Below, one piece after another: positions 8,875 to 16,767 of a DNA stretch of 24,539 nucleotides. Position 1 is the first letter of the stretch, and each line of letters begins with the position of its first letter. The notes under the pieces were generated by a model that saw nothing but the letters and a program-made list of their open reading frames with translations, did no database searches and was not told the origin of the DNA. Source of the stretch: Candidatus Micrarchaeia archaeon (GTDB lineage Archaea; Micrarchaeota; Micrarchaeia; Burarchaeales; JAVZCV01); NCBI GenBank assembly GCA_038874215.1, contig JAVZCV010000018.1, positions 1 to 24,539 of the forward strand, written 5' to 3'. The position numbers and the translations under genes were made by a program.

Positions 8875-9195
8875 ATGCCGCACCGATGCGTGAAATGCAA
8901 CAAGATATATGGGGAAAATTCTTCGGAACTTGCCAATGGCTGTTCCTGCGGTTCAAGGGTTTTTGTTTTTGTTAAGCCTGGTGGTGAGATTGCAGGAGAT
9001 GAAGATATATCGTGGATAGCGAGGGAGCTCGCAGGCACGCTTGAAAAGCCGAAGGGAGTAGTAGCGTTGGAGGTTGAAAACATACGGATGCTAAGCAAGG
9101 GAATTTTTGAAGTGGATATAAGCTCGCTTATGAGCAAAAACCCCGTTGTTGTTAAGGATGGTAATGGCGTATACTATATAAGGTTGTCTGGCTGA
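8875..9195 (+). CDS. Zn-ribbon protein, DUF2072 family (OapC-like)
   Basis: MPHRCVKC...GCSCGSRVF Zn ribbon; C-terminal ENIRMLSKGIFEVDISSL...GVYYIRL; third gene of the cluster. Confidence 0.85.
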   Translation: MPHRCVKCNKIYGENSSELANGCSCGSRVFVFVKPGGEIAGDEDISWIARELAGTLEKPKGVVALEVENIRMLSKGIFEVDISSLMSKNPVVVKDGNGVYYIRLSG

Positions 9196-10506
9196 TTACT
9201 CTCCTCCCCTTAATGCTCTTTCAACTATCTCTTCAGCTTTCCCGATATATGTTGCTGGATCGGTTAGCTCTTCAACCTCCTCTTTTGTGAATTTCTCAAG
9301 AAGAAGCTCGCTGAACTTCCTTTTTTCGTTTCTAGCACGGATTATCATTGTTCGCACATACTCGTGTGCGTCCTGCCTGCCCATCCCTTTTTTTGTTAGC
9401 GCGAGCATGACTCGCTCAGCAAATATCTCGTCTGTAAGCATAAGATTTCTTCTTATGTTCTCGGCGAAGAATTCCAAGCCTGAAAGGATGCTAGTCATCT
9501 GTACGAGCATATAGTCTGTGATTATGAATGCCTCAGGCAAGATGAAGCGCTCGTTTGCTGAGTTTGTCAGATCCCTCTCATGTTCAAGCGGAATGTTCTC
9601 AAGCGCAACATGTAAGTTAGTTCTAACTATGCGCGCGAGACTGCATATCCTCTCTGATTTGTGTGGGTTCCGTTTGTGAGGCATTGTTGAGCTACCAACC
9701 TGCTTTGCACCAAAAGGCTCGGCAACCTCTGCTATTTCAGTCCTCTGAAGGTTTCGTATTTCCTTCGCTATTTTTTCAAGCGTGCATGCAATAAGAGATA
9801 AAATAAAGATTGCTTCTGCATGTCTATCCCGCTGTATAACTTGGTTGGAAACAAGTGCGGGCTTTAAACCAAGTTGAGACATAACTTTATTCTCTATAAG
9901 AAAAGCCTTGTCGCCGAATGTCGCCATCGTGCCCACAGCACCGCTCATCTTTCCGACAAAAAGACGCGGTTTCGCCTCATGTATACGTTTCTGATGCCTA
10001 CGTATTTCTGATAGATAAAGTGCGAATTTCATACCATATGTTGTTGGTACTGCATGCTGCCCGTGTGTTCTCCCTATACAAACAGTCTTCTTATGCCTCT
10101 TCGCCAGTTTTATGAGCACCTTTTCCAGCTCTCTCAGTCGTTTTTCTATCAACCCGATGGCATCTTTCAGCGTTAGTGCGAGTGCGGTATCCTCTATATC
10201 ATAGCTTGTAGCACCAAGGTGGACATATGCGGCTGCCTTCGGCGAGCACTGCTCTGAGAGCGCTTTCACCATCGCCATTAGGTCGTGGTGTATCTGCTCC
10301 TCTATTTCCTTTACCCTTTCTGGCTTTACCTTTCCGCTCTCTGCTACTCTCACTATTTCTTCAGCCACATTTTTTGGGATATTCCCAACTTCCGCATGCG
10401 CTCTTGCAAGCGCAGCCTCAACGAGAAGCCATTTCTTAAGCCGTGCTTCCTCATCAAAAATTTGGGACATCTCGGTTTTGTATCGGTATTCAAGAGGGGA
10501 TATCAC
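9196..10506 (-). CDS. purB: Adenylosuccinate lyase
   Basis: SPLEYRY, HHDLMA, HLGATSYDI, GRTHGQHA, GSSTMPHKRNP, HERDLTNS. Start probably GTG 10506, preceded by RBS GGTGA. Confidence 0.97.
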   Translation of the reverse strand: MISPLEYRYKTEMSQIFDEEARLKKWLLVEAALARAHAEVGNIPKNVAEEIVRVAESGKVKPERVKEIEEQIHHDLMAMVKALSEQCSPKAAAYVHLGATSYDIEDTALALTLKDAIGLIEKRLRELEKVLIKLAKRHKKTVCIGRTHGQHAVPTTYGMKFALYLSEIRRHQKRIHEAKPRLFVGKMSGAVGTMATFGDKAFLIENKVMSQLGLKPALVSNQVIQRDRHAEAIFILSLIACTLEKIAKEIRNLQRTEIAEVAEPFGAKQVGSSTMPHKRNPHKSERICSLARIVRTNLHVALENIPLEHERDLTNSANERFILPEAFIITDYMLVQMTSILSGLEFFAENIRRNLMLTDEIFAERVMLALTKKGMGRQDAHEYVRTMIIRARNEKRKFSELLLEKFTKEEVEELTDPATYIGKAEEIVERALRGGE

Positions 10507-10585
10507 GAAAATCACCACAGTATTAGAAAGCAATGCGAATGATTAAATAATGTTGGTGGGGTAAGTCTTCTACACTATCTCGGAA

Positions 10586-10652
10586 TGTAGTTGAATTACA
10601 AATCAAGTTTATATACTACTTTTGCGTATTATAATACCACTGATTTGGTGGG
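10586..10652 (+). promoter_or_regulatory. Promoter of the 1298-aa gene: TATA box with flanking palindromes
   Basis: TTTATATA at 10608-10615; perfect 12-bp palindrome GTATTATAATAC at 10626-10637; imperfect palindrome TGTAGTTGAATTACA at 10586-10600; GGTGGG just before the ATG. Confidence 0.5.
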
Positions 10653-13600
10653 ATGATGCCTACATTAAAAAGCCCTTTAGCAAAGATGCCAGGGGGGAAA
10701 ATACAAAATATAAGAAGCATTGTTGCTGAGAGAATAAAAAATGATAAAAGATTTGCCCCAGGCCGATGGCCATTAGAGCAGTTAAAAGGTATCAGCGAAG
10801 CGCTGTATCTGGGAGTGGAGACAAAACTAAGAATCGGCGGGTCTACATGGGACCCCATAGAGCCGAAAGATGCAGAAATGACTGTTGCGTTTTCTGGTGG
10901 TGAATCACTTAGTTGGTCGCCAAGGGTTTTGGGTGCAATAGACGTAGTGAAAAAAGGTGGGGAAGAGCCTCTGGTGCAGTACTATATTAAAATAAATGAT
11001 CCGTGGCAGTTTTTGGCAGGTCTGTTTGCAGGCAAACAAAGATGGGGTCCTGAACTGTTCCCGACAGGAATAGTAATACCTTCTGTGAAGTTGGGTGGTG
11101 AAGAAACTTCGGATATAATTGTGGCTGTTGAGGAGAGATTGGTGAAAGGCACGGGCCTACAGAATTTATTTAGAAGATATAGGGAAGGGGAAGCTGGCTT
11201 GGGCTCAATAAAGGGTGTGTATTCATCGCTTGCTTCCAAATTGAATCAGATGCTAACAAGAGTGCTAAATATTGGGGATTCGCCAACTCCATCTTATTTA
11301 GTATACACTTTTGAGGATAGGCCTGATGAGAGAATTCGTGTGTTGGAAGAAAGTGGGCATTTTGATATAAGAATGCTGAATTTTGGATATTCCGTCATAA
11401 TCCCAGCAGATATAGAGCCATATACTTATTCCCGCGAAGGTAGGTTGGAACTGAACAACGTCTACGGTGCATTAGTTAGTGCAATCAGAAATATTGAGGA
11501 GATGACGTTTACGCTTTTGCCTTCTCACACTGCCCAAAATGCGTGGGAGGGATTTAGAAATGGGCTTCTGAATCTGGCACGTGTTGACCCTCAGCGAGAG
11601 ATGTTCCATAGGTTAGTTTTTGATGCCGCTGAAAGGGAAAGTGGAGTAGGATTTCGAACGATGGGGAGAGTCAAGCAGAGGGTTCTAGAGGGCTTGGCGG
11701 AAACAGCGATAAGGAGGATAGAGGGCGAACTATCCCGTGCAGATTTACCGAATGAATCCGCGAGAGAGATGATAGATGCTATAGGGATAGATGTACGAAG
11801 ATTTCTAAAGAATGTGGAGGAGCAAGAAAGGATTGAATTAGACATTGTGGGTAGTCCCACGAGTTCTGTGATCACAGTAAGAGGACCGTTGCCCGAGGAA
11901 ATAAAATTGGTAGAATACGTTATTAGTAGTAAGGGGGTAGATGAAGAGACTAAAAGAGCAGTAGAAAAGGGTGAAAAATGCAATGTGGGGACTCATTTCG
12001 TATGTGCAGGCCATGTAGTTATGAGGAGCTACGGGGATAGATGGAAGCTAACCGAGAGCCTTAAGGGTAGTCCGTCAGAGATTGCAGAGATAGGCGAGAG
12101 CATAGGGCGAGCTCTTTCTTTGATGATAAATGCTGAGTTTTTACCAGCATCAACGGACATATATGAAAGAGGAACGTATATTATACCAGGTTTAGAGGGA
12201 TTTCTGCACTTCAAAATTGGAATAACAGATGTAGCTAATCTTAGCAAATCAAAAGATAGAGTAAGAGTTATAGCGGACCACCTAACTGCAATAGCGGGAA
12301 TACTCTCGCGTTTTGATAATGGGGTTATAGGCTGGGGAAATCTGAAGAGAGAACTACTTTCAAACGTGCGGGACGAATACCATAGCGACGTGAGAATGGC
12401 TATCAATGAAGTAAAGGGGGGAGAAGAACGGAGAGATTTCTTTGCTCGTGTGGGGAGTATAGAAAGGATGCCAGAGACGCTAAGAGAAAGGATAAAAAGT
12501 GAGCTGTCCACGCGTGGTTGCGCCGATGTAAGCAGGGCGTTTTATAATGTTCTCGCGATGTCTGTTACAGAAAAAGCTGAGGACCAAGAGAGATTTTTCA
12601 GAGACATATTTCCGAATTTAGTAGATGCAATAAAACGTGCAAGAGAGATGGGTGTAAACCCAGACCATGCTTTTGAAAGGCTTAGGATGCTAGGTGATAT
12701 ATTTGAGGAATGCAGAACGCACCCCCGTTCTGGGATAAGTGCAGGGATTTTCAGTATGAATAAACATGATTTTTATAGGGCGATAGGGAATAATCCAAAC
12801 GCAGTGCGGGTTCTCGTTGATGCGCAACCTAGACAAAAACCTGAACAAAGGCCGGTGATAGAGATAGCCGATGGCTTAAAATTCCAAGCCAAGTACATAG
12901 GGAGGTTGTTTCTCCTTAGTCTTGCTATGGCGCCGGAGTATTGCGAGCGCCTTTGTGATATCTACCCTGTAACAGCTAAACGTAGTATCGGCCTAAGAAG
13001 AATGTTGAAGGAGATTCATGAAGGATTGAATAAAGCGAGACTACAGGCAGAAAAGGAGTTTGAAAGAAGTGAAAAAACTGGGGATCCAGAAAAAGACAAA
13101 GAAAGACTGAGAGATATGGTGATGGAGAGGCAAACCGAATTTTTGAGGATATATTCGTATGTTGGGCTTGTTAGGTTGGGGCACATATATCTTAGGGATT
13201 TCGTTGGTGTGGCAAGAGCATCTTGGGAAGCACCCGATTTCCATGAACGAGTTTTTGAAAATTCACGGAAAAATATGAAGGTAATTCATGATGAGATGGG
13301 TGCGCTTAGCGATGCGCTCCTTTGGGGCGCATACTGGATAGCACGGAGGTATGCGGATGTGCGGTATGGTCGTAATTATGGCTTTGCTGTCGTTTGCGGT
13401 GGGGCAAACGCAAGAATAGACGATTTTCCATCGTTTGACTATGATGTAATTCCTCTAGGGCGTAACGCAAGTAATAGGGATTACTATGGGTGTCTAGCTG
13501 CAACCATGGAGAATATTGTAAGGATGATAGGACATGATTTTGATCCAAGCATATCCCTAACACGGAGAGATGTTAAATTGGTAGAGGAGCATATTAGAAT

Positions 13601-14549
13601 GTTAAAAGAAGCGGCAAGAGGAGAAGGTGAGAAAAGAGTATGGATTCGAGCATACACTTCGCTTAGGTATGCTGTAGGAGACCACAAAACTGCACAGGAG
13701 TTTATAAGTGGTGTTAACGAAACTTTGCTAACTCCAGCAGTAATTGAAGATATTATAGCGCTCAGACTTTACGGAAGATATTATAGAATGAAGGTAGATG
13801 AGTGGGGTGAGGAGGATTCCGAAAGAAACATAAAGATGAGGGAAGGCGGGCTTAGGGATGTTAATGAAGTCTTCTGGCTCTTTAGACTTTGGTTAAACCA
13901 ACAGACGTTCAAGCATGGTGGTGGGATTGCGATGGGTGTTGAGGAGGGCAGAGATACGCGAGAAGTTATAGAGATGATGGTTGAAAATCGCTTAATCACG
14001 AGGGAGGAGGCAAACCAGTTGCTTGAGTCTTATGATTTCTTGATGGATTTGAGAATAAGAATGGATCTTCATTTTGGCAGGAACAACAAAGAATTACCTG
14101 CAGGCGATGAACTGCGCGATTTTGCATTTTCTTTGGGCTACAACGATACTGAAAACAGTAGAGCAGAAGATAGATTTGATGAGAATTTAAGATATCACGC
14201 TGGCAGAGTAAGAAAAATAACAGAAAAAGCCGTATCTGCAATGTTTAGAGATAGAATTAAGCCGTATGTGGAGCAAGGGGCAGAGCTGCACGGCACTCGT
14301 ATTGGAGTGAATGACTTTGGGGGGGCTGTTTGGGATGCCATAGACCCGGCTATGAGAGAGATTATTCAGGGATACATAAGGACAATTAGGAACAGGAACC
14401 CGAATTTTATGGGTGATAATCGCGGTGATGAGGGGCAAGCGAGGATAAGAGAGGCAGAAATAAAAGGTAGGATTGGGGAAATGCGAAGACGGGAAGCAGA
14501 GGAAGCAAGAAAGAGAGGGGAATGGATATACCCGCACAACGGCGACTGA
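10653..14549 (+). CDS. Large multidomain protein: two putative degenerate protein-kinase-like domains plus a GlnE/GlnD-like nucleotidyltransferase
   Basis: Uninterrupted 1298-aa ORF. C-terminal half has Pol-beta NTase motif FAVVCGGANARIDDFPSFDYD (D929/D931), RYAVGD, NIKMREGGLRD and LITREEANQLLESYDFLMDLRIRMDL, typical of GlnD/GlnE. N-terminal half has two Bud32/RIO-like segments (YYIK..EDRPDER..MLNFGYS; IGRALSLM..STD..GITDVA). The CDS is very likely real; the NTase call is moderate and the kinase-like call tentative. Confidence 0.7.
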   Translation: MMPTLKSPLAKMPGGKIQNIRSIVAERIKNDKRFAPGRWPLEQLKGISEALYLGVETKLRIGGSTWDPIEPKDAEMTVAFSGGESLSWSPRVLGAIDVVKKGGEEPLVQYYIKINDPWQFLAGLFAGKQRWGPELFPTGIVIPSVKLGGEETSDIIVAVEERLVKGTGLQNLFRRYREGEAGLGSIKGVYSSLASKLNQMLTRVLNIGDSPTPSYLVYTFEDRPDERIRVLEESGHFDIRMLNFGYSVIIPADIEPYTYSREGRLELNNVYGALVSAIRNIEEMTFTLLPSHTAQNAWEGFRNGLLNLARVDPQREMFHRLVFDAAERESGVGFRTMGRVKQRVLEGLAETAIRRIEGELSRADLPNESAREMIDAIGIDVRRFLKNVEEQERIELDIVGSPTSSVITVRGPLPEEIKLVEYVISSKGVDEETKRAVEKGEKCNVGTHFVCAGHVVMRSYGDRWKLTESLKGSPSEIAEIGESIGRALSLMINAEFLPASTDIYERGTYIIPGLEGFLHFKIGITDVANLSKSKDRVRVIADHLTAIAGILSRFDNGVIGWGNLKRELLSNVRDEYHSDVRMAINEVKGGEERRDFFARVGSIERMPETLRERIKSELSTRGCADVSRAFYNVLAMSVTEKAEDQERFFRDIFPNLVDAIKRAREMGVNPDHAFERLRMLGDIFEECRTHPRSGISAGIFSMNKHDFYRAIGNNPNAVRVLVDAQPRQKPEQRPVIEIADGLKFQAKYIGRLFLLSLAMAPEYCERLCDIYPVTAKRSIGLRRMLKEIHEGLNKARLQAEKEFERSEKTGDPEKDKERLRDMVMERQTEFLRIYSYVGLVRLGHIYLRDFVGVARASWEAPDFHERVFENSRKNMKVIHDEMGALSDALLWGAYWIARRYADVRYGRNYGFAVVCGGANARIDDFPSFDYDVIPLGRNASNRDYYGCLAATMENIVRMIGHDFDPSISLTRRDVKLVEEHIRMLKEAARGEGEKRVWIRAYTSLRYAVGDHKTAQEFISGVNETLLTPAVIEDIIALRLYGRYYRMKVDEWGEEDSERNIKMREGGLRDVNEVFWLFRLWLNQQTFKHGGGIAMGVEEGRDTREVIEMMVENRLITREEANQLLESYDFLMDLRIRMDLHFGRNNKELPAGDELRDFAFSLGYNDTENSRAEDRFDENLRYHAGRVRKITEKAVSAMFRDRIKPYVEQGAELHGTRIGVNDFGGAVWDAIDPAMREIIQGYIRTIRNRNPNFMGDNRGDEGQARIREAEIKGRIGEMRRREAEEARKRGEWIYPHNGD

Positions 14550-14554
14550 AACCG

Positions 14555-15829
14555 CTACACAGGGTATCTGAACTTCTTTCCCGCATATCTAGCACGCTTT
14601 CCAAGCATTTCTTCTATGCGGAGCAGTTGATTGTACTTCGCAACCCGTTCCCCACGCGCTGGGGCGCCAGTCTTTATCTGGCCCCCATTTATTGCAACCA
14701 CTAAATCGGCAATCGTTGAATCGTCCGTTTCTCCAGAGCGGTGGCTCACAACAACTCCGTAGCGGTGCTTTCTAACGAGCTCCGCTGCCTCAATAGCCTC
14801 TGTGAGCGTGCCTATCTGATTTACTTTTAGGAGAAGTGCGTTCATAGCACGCTTTTCTATGGCTTGCTGTATCCGCCCTACATTAGTTACTACGAGGTCG
14901 TCTCCGACTATCTGGACTTTTTTGCCTATGCTCGCATTCAGTTCTGCAAAAGATTCAAAATCCTCCTCAAAAAACGGGTCTTCTATGCTCACGATCGGGA
15001 AGTTCTCAACTAGCTCCTCGTAGAATTCAAGCAACTTGTTGCTACTCACGCTTTTGCCGTCCAATCTGTATTGGTGCGTTTTCTCATCGTAGAAAGAACT
15101 TGCGGCGGCATCTATCGCAAGCGAAACCTGCTTCGTGTAGCCAGCTGAATCAACCGCATCCTGTATTGCGCGCAATGCGTCTTCTGCCTTTTCAATTGGC
15201 GGTGCAAAGCCACCCTCGTCGCCAACATTTCTCGCAAATGCGCCGTATTTTTTCGTTAAGATTGAGCCGAGATGATGGTATGTCTCGGAGCCCATGCGCA
15301 GGGCTTCTGAGAAGGAGCGCGCGCCTACGGGCATAATCATGAACTCCTGAATGCTCAACTTGGTGCCCGCATGCTTGCCGCCATTTAGTATGTTGAACTG
15401 CGGGACTGGAAGAACGCATGCTTTAACGCCTCCCAAATAGCGGAAAAGCGGGAGGTTCAGCGCGTTTGCTGCCGCCTTCGCAGCAGCCATTGATGTTGCG
15501 GTTGTTGCGTTAGCGCCGAGCTTCGCCTTGTTCGGCCCTCCAAGCTCTATGAGCTTTTCATCAATTTTCTTCTGGTTTCTGACATCGTAGCCACGAAGTT
15601 CCCGTGCGATTATTGTATTCACGTTTCTAACAGCTTTAATAACGCCCTTTCCGAGATAGCGCTTGCCGCCATCGCGGAGTTCAAGCGCCTCATGCACGCC
15701 AGTTGATGCGCCAGATGGAGCTGCAGCACGCCCCATTGCTGTGCGCGTTTTAACATCAACCTCAACGGTAGGGTTCCCACGCGAGTCCAGAATTTCCCTT
15801 GCAAAAACGCTAGCGATTTCAAAACTCAT
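14555..15829 (-). CDS. eno: Enolase
   Basis: ILDSRGNPTVE, SGASTGVHEALELRDG, GDEGGFAP, IEDPF, VGDDL, LLKVNQIGT, SHRSGET, QIKTGA..ERVAKYNQLLRIEE; RBS AGGTGG and TTTTTAAA TATA upstream. Confidence 0.98.
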   Translation of the reverse strand: MSFEIASVFAREILDSRGNPTVEVDVKTRTAMGRAAAPSGASTGVHEALELRDGGKRYLGKGVIKAVRNVNTIIARELRGYDVRNQKKIDEKLIELGGPNKAKLGANATTATSMAAAKAAANALNLPLFRYLGGVKACVLPVPQFNILNGGKHAGTKLSIQEFMIMPVGARSFSEALRMGSETYHHLGSILTKKYGAFARNVGDEGGFAPPIEKAEDALRAIQDAVDSAGYTKQVSLAIDAAASSFYDEKTHQYRLDGKSVSSNKLLEFYEELVENFPIVSIEDPFFEEDFESFAELNASIGKKVQIVGDDLVVTNVGRIQQAIEKRAMNALLLKVNQIGTLTEAIEAAELVRKHRYGVVVSHRSGETDDSTIADLVVAINGGQIKTGAPARGERVAKYNQLLRIEEMLGKRARYAGKKFRYPV

Positions 15830-15881
15830 AAAACCACCTGAATGAGATTGTTGCTGAAATTTAAAAAGCTTGTGAGGATAC

Positions 15882-16208
15882 TTAATCTTTTTTTAGGGAT
15901 AGTATAGCTTTCGCTATATCGCCCTGCGATTCTCTGAGCGCTTTCTCTGCAGCTTCCCGTGTTGCATTCGCCTGCTCCATAACGAGCATAACATCGGCTT
16001 CGCTGAACTCCTCTTCCTTTATGTTTCCCATCACCTGAAATGTCTTCTGCCCCTGAAATTCAATCGCTGTTACCTGGGGATTTTCTATTATTATCTTGCC
16101 GTTTGAAGTTTCTATTATAACCCTTTTTGCGTCTATCTCCTCGCTTTTTATTCCCATCTGCTCCATCATTCGCCTCATCTGGCGCGGGTTTATACCAGCT
16201 GGAAACAT
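15882..16208 (-). CDS. nac: Archaeal nascent polypeptide-associated complex protein
   Basis: INPRQMRRMMEQMGI..EEIDAKRVII NAC domain; C-terminal UBA-like DVMLVMEQANATREAAEKALRESQGDIAKAIL. Start ATG 16208. Confidence 0.93.
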   Translation of the reverse strand: MFPAGINPRQMRRMMEQMGIKSEEIDAKRVIIETSNGKIIIENPQVTAIEFQGQKTFQVMGNIKEEEFSEADVMLVMEQANATREAAEKALRESQGDIAKAILSLKKD

Positions 16209-16221
16209 GGTACCACCACAG

Positions 16222-16737
16222 CTATTTTTCACCAAGCAATTTAAAAACGAGTTCTACTGCTTCTTTTGCGCTTTTCGCACGCATAATTTTATCCTGCCTT
16301 TTTGAATCAACCGCCTTTCCTGCGTATTCGTCTGCGTACCCGCCAGTTCCGCCTATGGCAACGGTAGGCTTTCCATATATCCAAGCGAAACAGATTTCTG
16401 AAAGCGTGCCGGCCTCCCCTCCTACAACTATAACTGCATCGCTTGATAGAACAACGAGCTGGTTTCTCGCATATCCCATTGAAGTTGGAATTCGTATATC
16501 AACATATTCGTTAGCCTCCTCTTTTGACGCCGACGGCAGTATTCCAACGGTAAGACCGTTTTCGCTCTTCGCTCCAGCGCATGCACGCTCCATTATCCCG
16601 CTGCGCCCACCGCAAACCAAAACCGCCCCTCTTTTCGCTATCTCTCTTCTAACTTCAAACGCAACATCAAGTGCCTTCGTTGTGGCGCACTCTGACCCTA
16701 TAACCCCTATTTGAATTCGCCCTTTATGGTGAGGCAT
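16222..16737 (-). CDS. LOG/SLOG family Rossmann-fold nucleotide-binding protein (TIGR00725-like)
   Basis: IGVIGS, LVCGGRSGIME..CAGAK, TVGILP, ARNQLVVLSSDAVIVVGGEAGTLSEI. Confidence 0.88.
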   Translation of the reverse strand: MPHHKGRIQIGVIGSECATTKALDVAFEVRREIAKRGAVLVCGGRSGIMERACAGAKSENGLTVGILPSASKEEANEYVDIRIPTSMGYARNQLVVLSSDAVIVVGGEAGTLSEICFAWIYGKPTVAIGGTGGYADEYAGKAVDSKRQDKIMRAKSAKEAVELVFKLLGEK

Positions 16738-16767
16738 GCAAAACTACCGCGTTGCAAAAATAAAATC

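Noticed and set aside
10653-14549. Annotating the large ORF as glnE/glnD, as an intein-containing protein, or as a CBASS/CD-NTase
   Set aside because: It has only one NTase domain and no HD or ACT domains; no intein Cys...His-Asn ends or LAGLIDADG motifs were seen; the NTase has the GlnD/E-type KxxxGGLRD helical domain and no effector genes lie next to it.
10570-14560. CTACAC at both sides of the large gene (10570-10575 and 14555-14560) as a possible target-site duplication
   Set aside because: Only 6 bp, one copy is the eno stop region, and there are no terminal inverted repeats or recombinase; compatible with chance.
16192-16208. ORB-like words CCAGCTGGAAAC (in nac) and GTTCCATCTGGAAA (23041, in thrC)
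   Set aside because: Both are inside conserved coding sequence, isolated, and lack a G-string, AT-rich unwinding element or cdc6.
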